A model generated the notes under the pieces. The model was not told the origin of the DNA, ran no database searches, and worked only from the letters and a program-made list of their open reading frames with translations. From a virus, in the IMG/VR virus record IMGVR_UViG_3300047476_001657, positions 1 through 64,000 of that record: a DNA stretch of 64,000 nucleotides, one strand, 5' to 3'. Of the stretch, positions 18,099 to 29,400 are shown piece after piece; the stretch's first letter is position 1; each line of letters starts with the position of its first letter. A program made the position numbers and the translations under genes.

Positions 18099-21000
18099 AT
18101 GTCAGATAGTATTTTATCATTTACTAATAGTGCTAGTTTCAGAAATAGTTTAATTGCAAGAAACTTAGCACCTTATAATATACCAGGGGCATATACACCA
18201 CCTTCAGGACAACAGAATTATGAATTTTCTGTATCTAATTTTAACGTTGTTGACTCTCCGAATGATTTAATAGCAAACAATCCATTCGTAAATGTAAATT
18301 CAACTTTGAATGAATATGGACCTAACAATGGGTTTCAACAAGCAATAGTAAGTGGACTACTACCTGTTGATGCTAATCAAGGTGAATATAACCCTAATGA
18401 TACTGTTTTAGATTTAGTTAATGAATTTTATATTGATGCTGCTTACATAGAAAATAGATATGGACCTATTGGTGGATTTAATAGTATGGTTGTTATTGAT
18501 AATATTCAAAACAATAATAAAATTTACACACCATATTGGGAACCACCAACATTTATTCCATCAACATATTCACCATACAATATTTTATTATCAAATGACC
18601 CAACTGGTTCAAATGGTCTTTTATCACAAGATTCTTTTTTAGCCAAGTTGGGGGCTATGTCTTTGAGGGACGCTTTCCAAGCAAGAGTTGATGCAGAATT
18701 ATATCAACGAAGTGTTGGGGTTGTCAATTTGGACGCTTTATCTGACCCATTTGAAGTGGCTTTATTGGCGACAGGTAAAGAACCATTGATATATAAAAGT
18801 TATAGAATTACAGTCCCTGAAAACCCTATAGTTGCTGGAGCTGAATTTGTTACAAATTTATCAGGTGCAATATTACCTTTTTCTCCAATACCTGGAAATT
18901 ACTTTAACGAAGTAGAACCAAGTGGTGGTGCATCAACACAAATTAGTGGTGCATTGAATGTTGCTAACCAATTAACTGGAGGATTCTTAGGCCCTATATT
19001 AAACAAAACTAGAAATCCATCTGAATTATTTTTAGCTAACACTGGAAATGGACAACGTTCAGTTTTATTCAGAAGTATAAGTTATAATAGATACCAACCA
19101 TCTTATGATAAAAATTTTGGTGGTATATTAGGTATTGGTCAGGCTGTGGTTAATTTAATTGCTAATGCGATAAATCCAGACAACGGAACATTAGTAGGTG
19201 GATATTATGTAGGTAGTAGAACTGCTGAACCATCAACAATAACATCCCCACCAAACCAAATACCTGTTGACCCATTTGGAAAACAAATACAAACCTCAGT
19301 TTATGGTCCTTCTGAATTGGGTATTTTATATGAAGGTAATGAAAACCAACTTAATTTTGGTTTAGCTGGTAAATCATTTTCAAATGAAGGTGGGATTGAT
19401 GGTCAATTTATATGGACATCACCTAAATATAAAGGTGCTGCAGGATTCAAAGCAACACCTGGTGGTGGTAAAGGTTCATTAGATTCTGAATTTAATCAAA
19501 TTACATCACAATACCAAAAGAATGAGTCAACGAATATAACTTTTAAAGAAAGTTCCATTTTAGACCAAACACAAAGATTAATTGACTCAGCAGATAATGT
19601 TGCTGGTATTACTAAACTAAAACATGTTGGTAATGCAATCAATCAAGTAAGTAAAGTTTTCAATGATGGGTATAAAGAAATAACTAAAGGTTCACAAGTT
19701 TTGTCTTACAAAGATAACACAACTGGTCAAGAAAGAGGTATTGAATATTGTAGGGTATTTACTAAAGATACTCCTTATTACACATATAACGATTTACAGA
19801 AAACAGATGGTATTACGACAAGTGGAAGACGATTTACCAATTCAGTCTTTGACAATACATATAATTTAAACATTGCACCAATTAAAGGTGAAGGTTCAAC
19901 AAACATCAAGTTAGATGCTAAAGGTAACTTAGTTGCAAAAAAATACATGTTCTCAATTGAGAATTTAGCTTGGAGGACATCTTCTAGACCAGGATTCACC
20001 TGGGATGATTTACCAGCTTGTGAGAAAGGACCAAATGGTGGTAGAGTGATGTGGTTTCCACCATACGACATTAAATTCAGTGATTCAAGTTCTGCTAGTT
20101 TCAACTCAACTAGTTTCTTAGGAAGACCTGAACCAATTTATACATACAAGGATACAACTAGAAAAGGTAATATTTCTTGGAAAATTATTGTTGACAATCC
20201 ATCAGTTGTTAACCTATTAGTAGATAAACAATTAAAAGGTATTGATAATCCAAAAATTAATTCAATTTTGGATTCATTTTTTGCTGGTTGTGTTAAATAT
20301 GACATTTATGAATTAGCAAAAAAATTCAACACAATACCACTTTCTGATTTATATACTTATCAAGAAGTACTTAATAACCCAAGACTTACCGGTGAGGAGT
20401 ATCAAAAAGTTGTTACCGAAATACCGAAACAAACTAGTACTGGTAAAAAAACAGACGCAGCATTAGGAAATGCTGTAACAACAGAACAAAAAACAGACCC
20501 AAGAGTTAATGAAATACAAACAACATTTGAGGGCATTGCTTTTTATTTCTTTGATAATGTACCCGGACCGAATAGTGGTGTTGTGTCTAGTCAATCTTAC
20601 CAAGATACTTACGCAGCTTATACTGCACCATCATTTATAACTCAATATCAAACTTTATCTAATAATACTTTTGCACCAACATCTCCTTTTTGTTCAAAAA
20701 GTAATAACACTGAATATTGTAGTAGAGCAACTAAAACTACAGATTTTTTCAATACTGTAATAATATCAAACTATAATAAAATTGCAATAAACGAAGGAAA
20801 TTTCATTACAAAAGTATTTCAGATATTGTCTGAAAGCCCAAATAACAGAGTAACATTAAATATGGTTGGTTCAGCCTCTGCCCCAGGTAGTGCTGATTAC
20901 AATGTTAATCTTTCTAAAAGAAGGGTTGATTCAGTATTAAAGTTTTTTGAAACTTACACTATCGGTGATGCTAATCTTAAAAAATATATTGATAACAAAC

Positions 21001-23159
21001 AATTTAGTATTAAACAATCTGCCAGTGGTGAAACAATATCAATCCCTAAAGCTGGTGAGGGAGGTGATTTTGGATTCCCTGTAAATTGTACAGAAAATAT
21101 TACAGGTGGTACTGGAACAGTTACAACAAATTCACAGATTTACTCTGTCAATGCTATGGCATGTAGAAGAGTTAAAATTGAAAGTATTAAAGTAGAAATA
21201 CCACCAAAACCTGAAGTTACAACCAACACTGGTCAAGGTAATCCAGAAGTAGAACCTACAGTTCAATTGAAACCAATACCTAGAATACAACCAAATGTTG
21301 ATGTACAGAAAAAATTAAAAGAAGGTATAGGTAAAAGAATTTTGAGAAACTTATTGACCGAATGTGATTATTTTGAATTGATTGAAGAATCTGCTCCAAT
21401 GGTCTATGCTTCATTCAAGGAAAAAATAAAATATTTTAATCCTGCTTTCCATTCAATGACCCCTGAAGGATTGAATGCTAGACTTACATTCTTAAATCAA
21501 TGTGTTCGTCCTGGTGAAACTATTCCAATAATTGGGACAGATGGTAAACCAAAATACAATGATTCATTAAACACTGCTTTTGGTGCACCACCTATATTAA
21601 TATTAAGAATAGGAGATTTTTACCATACTAAAATTGTTCCAAACTCGGTCTCATTTTCTTATGACCCAATAACTTTTGATATGAATCCTGAAGGTATTGG
21701 GATTCAACCAATGATTGTAAGTGTAAGTTTGGACTTCAATATTATTGGTGGTATGGGTCTTGCCAAACCAGTTGAAGAATTACAAAATGCTTTATCATTT
21801 AATTTTTATGCAAATACTGAAGTTTATGATGAAAGAGCTACTGCCACTGAAGATACTTCAAAATTAGATAAAGAAATTGTTGATGCTTTAATTAATAATT
21901 TACCTCCAGTTACAACAAATCAGGCAGCCGTACCACAACCAAATCCTGGGGGTAACACTATTGGAAATATTATTACAAATATACCTGTAACTGGTGGACA
22001 AACTGGTGAAACAGCATATTCAACGATAATGGATTCATTATTAACTGAGACTAAAAACTACTTTAACTTAGTAACTAACAAGTTGGAAAGTATAAATAAT
22101 AATTACAACTATGGTGTTGTACAATTATTAGATGCTAATAGAAATTATTTTAAAGGTGACATTAATTTAGGTGGTAGTAAAAAACCAATACAAATTTATG
22201 GTAAACCAGAATACCAAGAATATGTAAAAAATGCTTTCACTCAAATAATTAAGGATATTGATGATGGAACTAATTTAATTATTGCTGAATTAAAGAAAAT
22301 TTATAATGGTGCAATAACACCAATTCCATTAATTCAAGCAAACTTAAAAAAATACATCCAAGATTTACAATCAACTTTTGAAAATGGTATTGCAACAACA
22401 ATGCAAGAACTTGTTGGTGTTGAACAAAATTACGTACAAATAATCAGAAAATTAAATGTGGTATTAGATAAATTAGATGGTAAAATTTTGGAAACTGGAA
22501 AACCGAGAATGTATGGTTTAACAGGAATACCTCTAACCCCACCTTTAGTTGGTGATTCATATACTCAATTACAAACTGATTATGGGAAATTAGAAAATGT
22601 AATTATGGACAAAACAACTGGATTTAATGATATTATGTATTCAAAACAGTTAGCTTTTGGACCCAATGTTGCTGATGGAAAAACTATTGATGAAACATTA
22701 TATGGAAATGGAGACTTTAAGGTATTGTTACCTGATTTATTTAATACCTCTAGTGATAAAATATTGTTTATGGTTTTAAGTAGAATTTTGACTGATAAGA
22801 ATAAAAAAAGACAATTTGTTGATAGTATTATAAAAGGGGAGGAGTTGAAAACTTGGAAAACCCCAGTCAATTTACAAAACAAGTTTGAAAAAATTATAAA
22901 CAATTTGGATGATGATTATACTAAAGAACTTAAAAAAGAGGAAAACCTATTCAAGGATTTGAGAAAAGATAAAAACTTCAAAGTATTGATAGATGGATTA
23001 ACTACAAAAATGTATGAACCTAAAAAACCTAGAAAATTAAATTACACAACGGTTGGAAACTTCACTGCTGAAGAAAGTAAAATACAAAATTTGTACAATT
23101 CTCAAAATGGAAACCCAGCTAATAAAACTAATTTTGATGACAAAAATACTTTTAACTAA
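18099..23159 (+). CDS. Large baseplate/tube-initiator-like protein with an inserted OmpA-like domain
   Basis: Tube-initiator-like segments (FPPYDIKFSD...FLGRPEPIYTY..T.R; PPILILRIGD....VSFSY...PMIVSVSLDF) flank GSASAPGSADYNVNLSKRRVDSV...CRRVKI. Confidence 0.6.
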   Translation: MSDSILSFTNSASFRNSLIARNLAPYNIPGAYTPPSGQQNYEFSVSNFNVVDSPNDLIANNPFVNVNSTLNEYGPNNGFQQAIVSGLLPVDANQGEYNPNDTVLDLVNEFYIDAAYIENRYGPIGGFNSMVVIDNIQNNNKIYTPYWEPPTFIPSTYSPYNILLSNDPTGSNGLLSQDSFLAKLGAMSLRDAFQARVDAELYQRSVGVVNLDALSDPFEVALLATGKEPLIYKSYRITVPENPIVAGAEFVTNLSGAILPFSPIPGNYFNEVEPSGGASTQISGALNVANQLTGGFLGPILNKTRNPSELFLANTGNGQRSVLFRSISYNRYQPSYDKNFGGILGIGQAVVNLIANAINPDNGTLVGGYYVGSRTAEPSTITSPPNQIPVDPFGKQIQTSVYGPSELGILYEGNENQLNFGLAGKSFSNEGGIDGQFIWTSPKYKGAAGFKATPGGGKGSLDSEFNQITSQYQKNESTNITFKESSILDQTQRLIDSADNVAGITKLKHVGNAINQVSKVFNDGYKEITKGSQVLSYKDNTTGQERGIEYCRVFTKDTPYYTYNDLQKTDGITTSGRRFTNSVFDNTYNLNIAPIKGEGSTNIKLDAKGNLVAKKYMFSIENLAWRTSSRPGFTWDDLPACEKGPNGGRVMWFPPYDIKFSDSSSASFNSTSFLGRPEPIYTYKDTTRKGNISWKIIVDNPSVVNLLVDKQLKGIDNPKINSILDSFFAGCVKYDIYELAKKFNTIPLSDLYTYQEVLNNPRLTGEEYQKVVTEIPKQTSTGKKTDAALGNAVTTEQKTDPRVNEIQTTFEGIAFYFFDNVPGPNSGVVSSQSYQDTYAAYTAPSFITQYQTLSNNTFAPTSPFCSKSNNTEYCSRATKTTDFFNTVIISNYNKIAINEGNFITKVFQILSESPNNRVTLNMVGSASAPGSADYNVNLSKRRVDSVLKFFETYTIGDANLKKYIDNKQFSIKQSASGETISIPKAGEGGDFGFPVNCTENITGGTGTVTTNSQIYSVNAMACRRVKIESIKVEIPPKPEVTTNTGQGNPEVEPTVQLKPIPRIQPNVDVQKKLKEGIGKRILRNLLTECDYFELIEESAPMVYASFKEKIKYFNPAFHSMTPEGLNARLTFLNQCVRPGETIPIIGTDGKPKYNDSLNTAFGAPPILILRIGDFYHTKIVPNSVSFSYDPITFDMNPEGIGIQPMIVSVSLDFNIIGGMGLAKPVEELQNALSFNFYANTEVYDERATATEDTSKLDKEIVDALINNLPPVTTNQAAVPQPNPGGNTIGNIITNIPVTGGQTGETAYSTIMDSLLTETKNYFNLVTNKLESINNNYNYGVVQLLDANRNYFKGDINLGGSKKPIQIYGKPEYQEYVKNAFTQIIKDIDDGTNLIIAELKKIYNGAITPIPLIQANLKKYIQDLQSTFENGIATTMQELVGVEQNYVQIIRKLNVVLDKLDGKILETGKPRMYGLTGIPLTPPLVGDSYTQLQTDYGKLENVIMDKTTGFNDIMYSKQLAFGPNVADGKTIDETLYGNGDFKVLLPDLFNTSSDKILFMVLSRILTDKNKKRQFVDSIIKGEELKTWKTPVNLQNKFEKIINNLDDDYTKELKKEENLFKDLRKDKNFKVLIDGLTTKMYEPKKPRKLNYTTVGNFTAEESKIQNLYNSQNGNPANKTNFDDKNTFN

Positions 23160-23161
23160 AA

Positions 23162-23485
23162 ATGGCTAGACAAAACTATAATAGATATAAAGACTTTGTA
23201 ATTAATGGTGAACAAACAGTTGTTCCTTATATCACCTTACCCTCTAAAAGTACGGATAAGAGATATATTTACAAAATTGGAATGTCTCGTTTAGATAAAG
23301 TTTCACAACAATATTATGGGTCACCTCTTTTTGGGTGGTTAATATTACAAGCAAATCCTCAATTTATGGGAGTTGAATGGAACATACCTGATGGTTCTAT
23401 ATTGACTATTCCATTTCCTTTAGTAGCTTCATTACAAGACTATAAAAATCAATTGGACGATCATTTATTCTATTATGGTAGATAA
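23162..23485 (+). CDS. LysM-like baseplate protein (T4 gp53 / P2 gpX-like)
   Basis: RLDKVSQQYYGSPLFGWLILQANP...IPDGSILTIP. Confidence 0.75.
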   Translation: MARQNYNRYKDFVINGEQTVVPYITLPSKSTDKRYIYKIGMSRLDKVSQQYYGSPLFGWLILQANPQFMGVEWNIPDGSILTIPFPLVASLQDYKNQLDDHLFYYGR

Positions 23486-26400
23486 ACAAGAAAATATATT
23501 AGTGGAATTTGACTATAACAACATTATTGTCATTGACCCAAACAAAATTATAGATGAAAATGGTAATGCAAAACAAAGATTAGTACAACATGAAAATCTT
23601 GTAATGTATGCTAATTTGGAGTGTAAAGTTTTACCTAGAACTAAGTTAGCTGTTGGAGTTTCTCCCAACGATGTTATTGAAACTATTTCAGTTGCATCTA
23701 TTAATTTTTTGAAACCTGGAGGTAAAACTTTTTTAGATACATCTTGGACTGATGAAATTACAGGTAAAGGGACTGTAACTGGTGAAGGCGTTAATCAACC
23801 AAAACAAACATCAATTAAAAATCCTAATAGAGATAATGATTTTTACATTAGACAAACAACACAATCTGGTGGAAAACCAGGTTCTGTTGACAATGGTTTA
23901 TTGGGAATAACATCAATTAATATTAGACAAACAACTGCTTTTATGCCAACAATATCAATGGAATTGGTGGATGTAAAAGGTAGAGCTTTGTTTGAGTCTG
24001 GGGATAACTCACCCTATGCTGCATTTTTTAATTTACCATATCCTTTGTTTTATCTTACTATAAAAGGATACTATGGTAAAGCAGTAAGAATGGGATTAAT
24101 GTTACAAAAGTTTAATGCAAGGTATCAGCCTGATAGTGGAAACTTCAAAATTGATTTGTTGTTTTATACCTACAAATATACAATTTTAAGTGAGTTGAGT
24201 ATGGCTGCTTTGATAGCTGCTCCTCATATGTATAAAACTAGAATTTCAAGACAATCAAGTAGTGGTGGTCCATCAACTTTAGTAAAAGTCAATGAAACTA
24301 TTACCGAAAGAGGTTATCAAAAAATTAAAGAACTTTACAGTGAATATAAATCTAAGGGACTTATTCCTGATGATTTACCTGAACTTACTTTAGTACAACT
24401 TAAAGAAACACTTGATAACTTTATTAAAAATAAGTTAGATACTTTCACAAAACAAAATTTAGAACCAATATCAGGTTGTGATGATTATCAAAAAGCTTTG
24501 AGAGAATATCAAGGTTCTATTTACTATTATACTGCGGGTAGAATTTCATGGTTTAACAAATATATGGATAAAAATAATTTCTATATATTGAACAACAGTG
24601 CCCAAACTAAAGTTTATACTTTCAAAAAAGAATTAAATACCCCTGAATTAAGACAAGCTGCAATAACTGACTTGGATGCGATTATTCAAGAATTTAATAA
24701 AAAGTTAAATGATAACCCAACAGTTGGTCTAAAGGGTTCATATAAAATAAGTGGGCAAGAATTTTTTGTAAAAGTATCAAACCCAATAACACCTCTTATT
24801 TTCAACATAGACATTAATTCATCAAACATTAATGTTAAACAAACATATATTGAACGTAAGGGAACATCACCAACCCCACAACAAGAAGCTGAGTTAAAGA
24901 AACAAATTACACAAAGTTTTGAAATTAATAGTAGTTCTGTGACTACAAAAAATGGAACTAAATTACCTGTAACAAATTTCTATGTTTTTGAAGGTCCAAA
25001 TACTTTCATTGATTTAACCGAGAAAATGGGTAGAGACTTAAAAGTTATTAGAGAACAGATAGAACAACAATTAACTACGGCTCTCACAAATTTATTAGAA
25101 AACAAAAGTGAAGGAATTGGTTTTATACCAAACATCAGAAATATATTAGCGGTTGTTTTTGCCAGTGGTGAAGCTTTCCTGAGAATGATGGATGATGTTC
25201 ACACTAAAGCGTGGGAATTAAGTGATAACAAATTAAGAAAACAAATAATTTTAAATAATCAGACAGCTGGAGCTTCACAAGAAACATTTAACAATGGAGA
25301 TGTTTCAAATACACCAATTTATCCGTGGCCACAATACATTGAAGAAACAACTGGTGAAAATGGACATGAAAAATATGAGTTACGTTATCCAGGTGATTCT
25401 TCAGTAATATCTAAAACTAAGGGTTATCTCCTTGATGTGTGGCCGGAAATTGAATTTGTTGAAGAATTTATCAAAGGATTTACAGAAAGAAAAAGTCCTC
25501 CAGCAGAACAAAATAATAACAATGAGGTAACGGAAGTTAAACGTGTATCGTTTAATGCAATTGAGTTCCCAATAGGTAACTATGTTTTCAGTAATAAAGA
25601 GGAAGTAAAATTTTTCTATGAAATTTACGAAAGAATGATTTATTTGGCTAATTATTCTAAACTCTCAAGAGTGGAGGATGCACCAAGTTTTGTTAGTCCA
25701 ATTATCAAAATAATTTCGGAATGTGAAAAAACGAACATAAAAAATGGATTAAGTAATGGTTCACCGTTTATAGTTGATAAACTTAAAAATTACACAATTA
25801 CATCAGCTAATTTCTTACAACTATTAAGACAATTTTCTAATGGTGGTACAGGTGAAAGTTGGCAAAATTATATTAGAGGTATTTTTAATACAAAATATAT
25901 AAAAAATACAATTAATAATGCTAGTTTTGAATTTTTGAATGCTGATATACTAAATGAAAAATTCACACAACCTGTAATTACTTTAAGTGACGAAAACAAG
26001 ATTCAAGAATTTATTAGTTCATCAACTAATATTAAATTTGATTTTACTGACACCTATCCATTTACAAATAAGAATTGGATAAAAAAATATTTGGCTCAAA
26101 GTTCTACGGTAGACTCGGCTGAAATGGCTTTTAAAACACCTGAAGTTTTAAAATACAATAGTACCAATAAAATCATTTCTAATTTTCTTCCAACGACTAA
26201 TAAAACCGTTGCAAGACCTTTTACAACCTTTGCACAAGAGAATGGGAATGAACCAAATCTAAACCCAAATCAAAATAATCAAGTATCAAGTCTTCAATTT
26301 ATAGGTTTTTTTAGAAGAAAACCTGAACAACAAATAGTAACTGAAGGAGTTATTAGATATTCTAATTATAGTGGTGGTACTAGTTTTAGACAAACGACAT

Positions 26401-29400
26401 CTATATTGAACACACCATATTTTGTTAACTCAATTCAACAAGGTATTAAAAATTTTAGAAATTACGACAAAAATCCTTACACAGCTGCGGCTTATTTATT
26501 CATCAATAGTTTACCATTATCAACTCTTAAAGAAAAATATACAAAATACGAAAATGATAGTACCATTTTCATGGATTATATTTTCGCAACAATTAAGAAA
26601 TTTGGAGCGGTACATAAAGTACCATATGCTTGGATATTAAAGTTAGGTTCTGTATGGCATAGATATAAAAAATTTGTTGAGGAAAATGTTGATATTTTAG
26701 ATAGTTCTTGGAAAAGTTTTGAGTACATCACAAATTATGACCCAATTACATCTGCAACAACTAAAACTTATAATCTAACAATAAACAATTCACCAGTTGA
26801 TATTGTACTTGAAGATAATAATTTTGTGGGTACTGAAACATCAAGTTTAATCAATGTTGGATTTTACCCTAAGTTGATTAATGATTTCAATGTATTTTTA
26901 AATGGATATGAAATAATTCAATCAAACTCACAAATAAATGGTTCTTGTTTTGTTTCAGGAACAACTTTAACAATTACACAAGTAAATTCTGCCACAATAC
27001 AACCCGGTTATACATTAGCCGGTATAAATTTATTACCAAACACAACGATTATATCACAAATTGGAGGTAGTCCAGGGGGAGTTGGTACATATCAAATAAC
27101 ACCAGCACAGACAGGAACTACAGCATTGTTCTCGGTAACAAATGCAACAAGTGTTGGTTATAATAGTACTAATATTCAAAATGCTTTAGATTTTTCTGGA
27201 CTATCAATGTATTATGCAAGTAGTGCAATAATTAATGAAGTTGAAGGTTTTGACCCAAATAATCCACAAAGAGATTTGAGAATAATACCTTGGTCTTTGA
27301 GTGTGGATACTAATGATAAAAACTTCATGTATGTTCTTCCATCAAGTGGTACATTGTTTAATCAAACTAAAAATGAGTGTTTCAACAACAACAATAAATT
27401 AATTCAAGAAGTAACTGGAAATACTTCAGTACATAATGGTGCGGTAAGATTATTTTGGACAGCACCTAACTATGGTTATTTTGATAATAGTAGAATCAAG
27501 AAAGTTAAACCTGACGAATACCTTAAGAGGGTATTAACTGCGGATACTTTTCAAGATGCTTTTACGTTAACTGGTTTTGATGAAGAATATTCTAAAATAG
27601 ACGAACTATTTTCTGTTTTTGAAAAGGAAATAATGGATGGATTTGAAAAAGAATTTTTAAGATTTTCTAAATCAGTTTATGACTATGAAGACGACTTAAC
27701 AGTTAATCCATCTGAAACTATAACTCTATCCACAAGTACAAATAACCAAGACAATAGTTCTGAAATAATAAGTTTTTTAGATGGATTGAAGAAAACCGCA
27801 CAACAAATTGGGGAAACTATATTAGAAAAAAGTGCTAGAAACTTCCAACAACTAATGAGGAATCTATTGATTCTACCAAAAATTACAGGAAACACAGGGG
27901 TTGAATATGTTAAAGAAGTACAAACAGCACAATTCAGTAATATTATAACTCAATTAAAAACGTTTTTAGATTTTGATGTAACATTTAAATTTGGAAATCC
28001 ATCTAATTACGATAGAAAACTTTTTACAACATTTTCTAATCTTCCTTTAACTGACCCATACGAGTGGTCAAAATATACCGTAGCAACACCGGACGCCTTA
28101 CCAAGGAGTAATGGGTCAAGAACTTTGACTAGTTCACAAAACTCATTTCCACAAGCGTGGTCTACACTTAAAACATATGTTGGATTTTCAGAAATACCTG
28201 AATTAAAATACACAAACAATGGTTCGTATATAACTGACTTTTTCATTGATTTAAATATAGCATTCACTCCTGAAAACATTCAGTTGTTTGCCCCTATAAT
28301 AAAAATTTATGCAACACAAAAGTTAAACCAATTTCAATCAAACTATATACCACCACAACAAACGAACACAACCCAACCAACCAATAGTGTTGTTGCAACA
28401 GCATTCTTAAAAAGTGGTGGAACTGTGAATGTAGAAAAAAGTGGTTCAAAATTTAGAACAACATACTATAACTCAGATAATGTTTTATTGTTTGAGGGAG
28501 CTTTTAATTTACCACCTAATAATAATGTATATACGGTATCTGGTTCGGAAATATACTACACTACTTTAGTAAATCAAACAATTACGGGTTTATTTGGTTC
28601 TACTTCAACTAATCCAAATGATGCTCAATTTATAACTACATTTGATAGAGTTACACCATCTTCATATACCCCAGAACCTAATTCAACTAATAGTAATAAC
28701 TCATCAACATTCTATCAAGCTACGAGTGATTATTTGAATAAAGTTGATGGATTTATGAATAAGATTATAGATTCAACTATGATTGATGTCCGTAATTCCC
28801 TAGATGCAATACAACTTAATCCTGAAGAAAGAGACCAAAGTGTATTACAAGGAGAACCACAACCTAAGTTAGAAATGTGGGAAATGTTTAAAGCATTAAA
28901 TGATAAATGGATTGCTGGTGGTGATTTTAAAACCAAAACTTTATTTGAAGATGTATTACTTTTAGACAGAGCAAGTAGAAATATTGGAGATAAGGTATTA
29001 GTTGATATCTATAAATTAAAAGATAGACTACAAGGGTTAATTGAGAGGGAAGTTAACAAAACAACAATGTTGATTTTTGTCCAAAGTATTTTGGTTGAAA
29101 ACAATTTCGTTGTTATGAATATACCATCTTATGTTAATTTTTATGGTGTACAAGATGCGGTAAAAAATCCTAAACCGAAAATTGAAGGTACATTAGATTT
29201 TGCTAATACTATGTTTGGTACTTATCTAAATGTTGATTATAGAGAGTCGTCAGCCAAAATGGTTTGTTTTTATGGTGGAAAACCATCTGAACAATTAGAT
29301 TTAAAAAATAATGTTGACTACAGAAAAAGAAGTGATGCTTTTGAACTAAGACGTGCCAGTGATAATCCATTGATTGAAAATCAAATAGGAAAAACAGATT

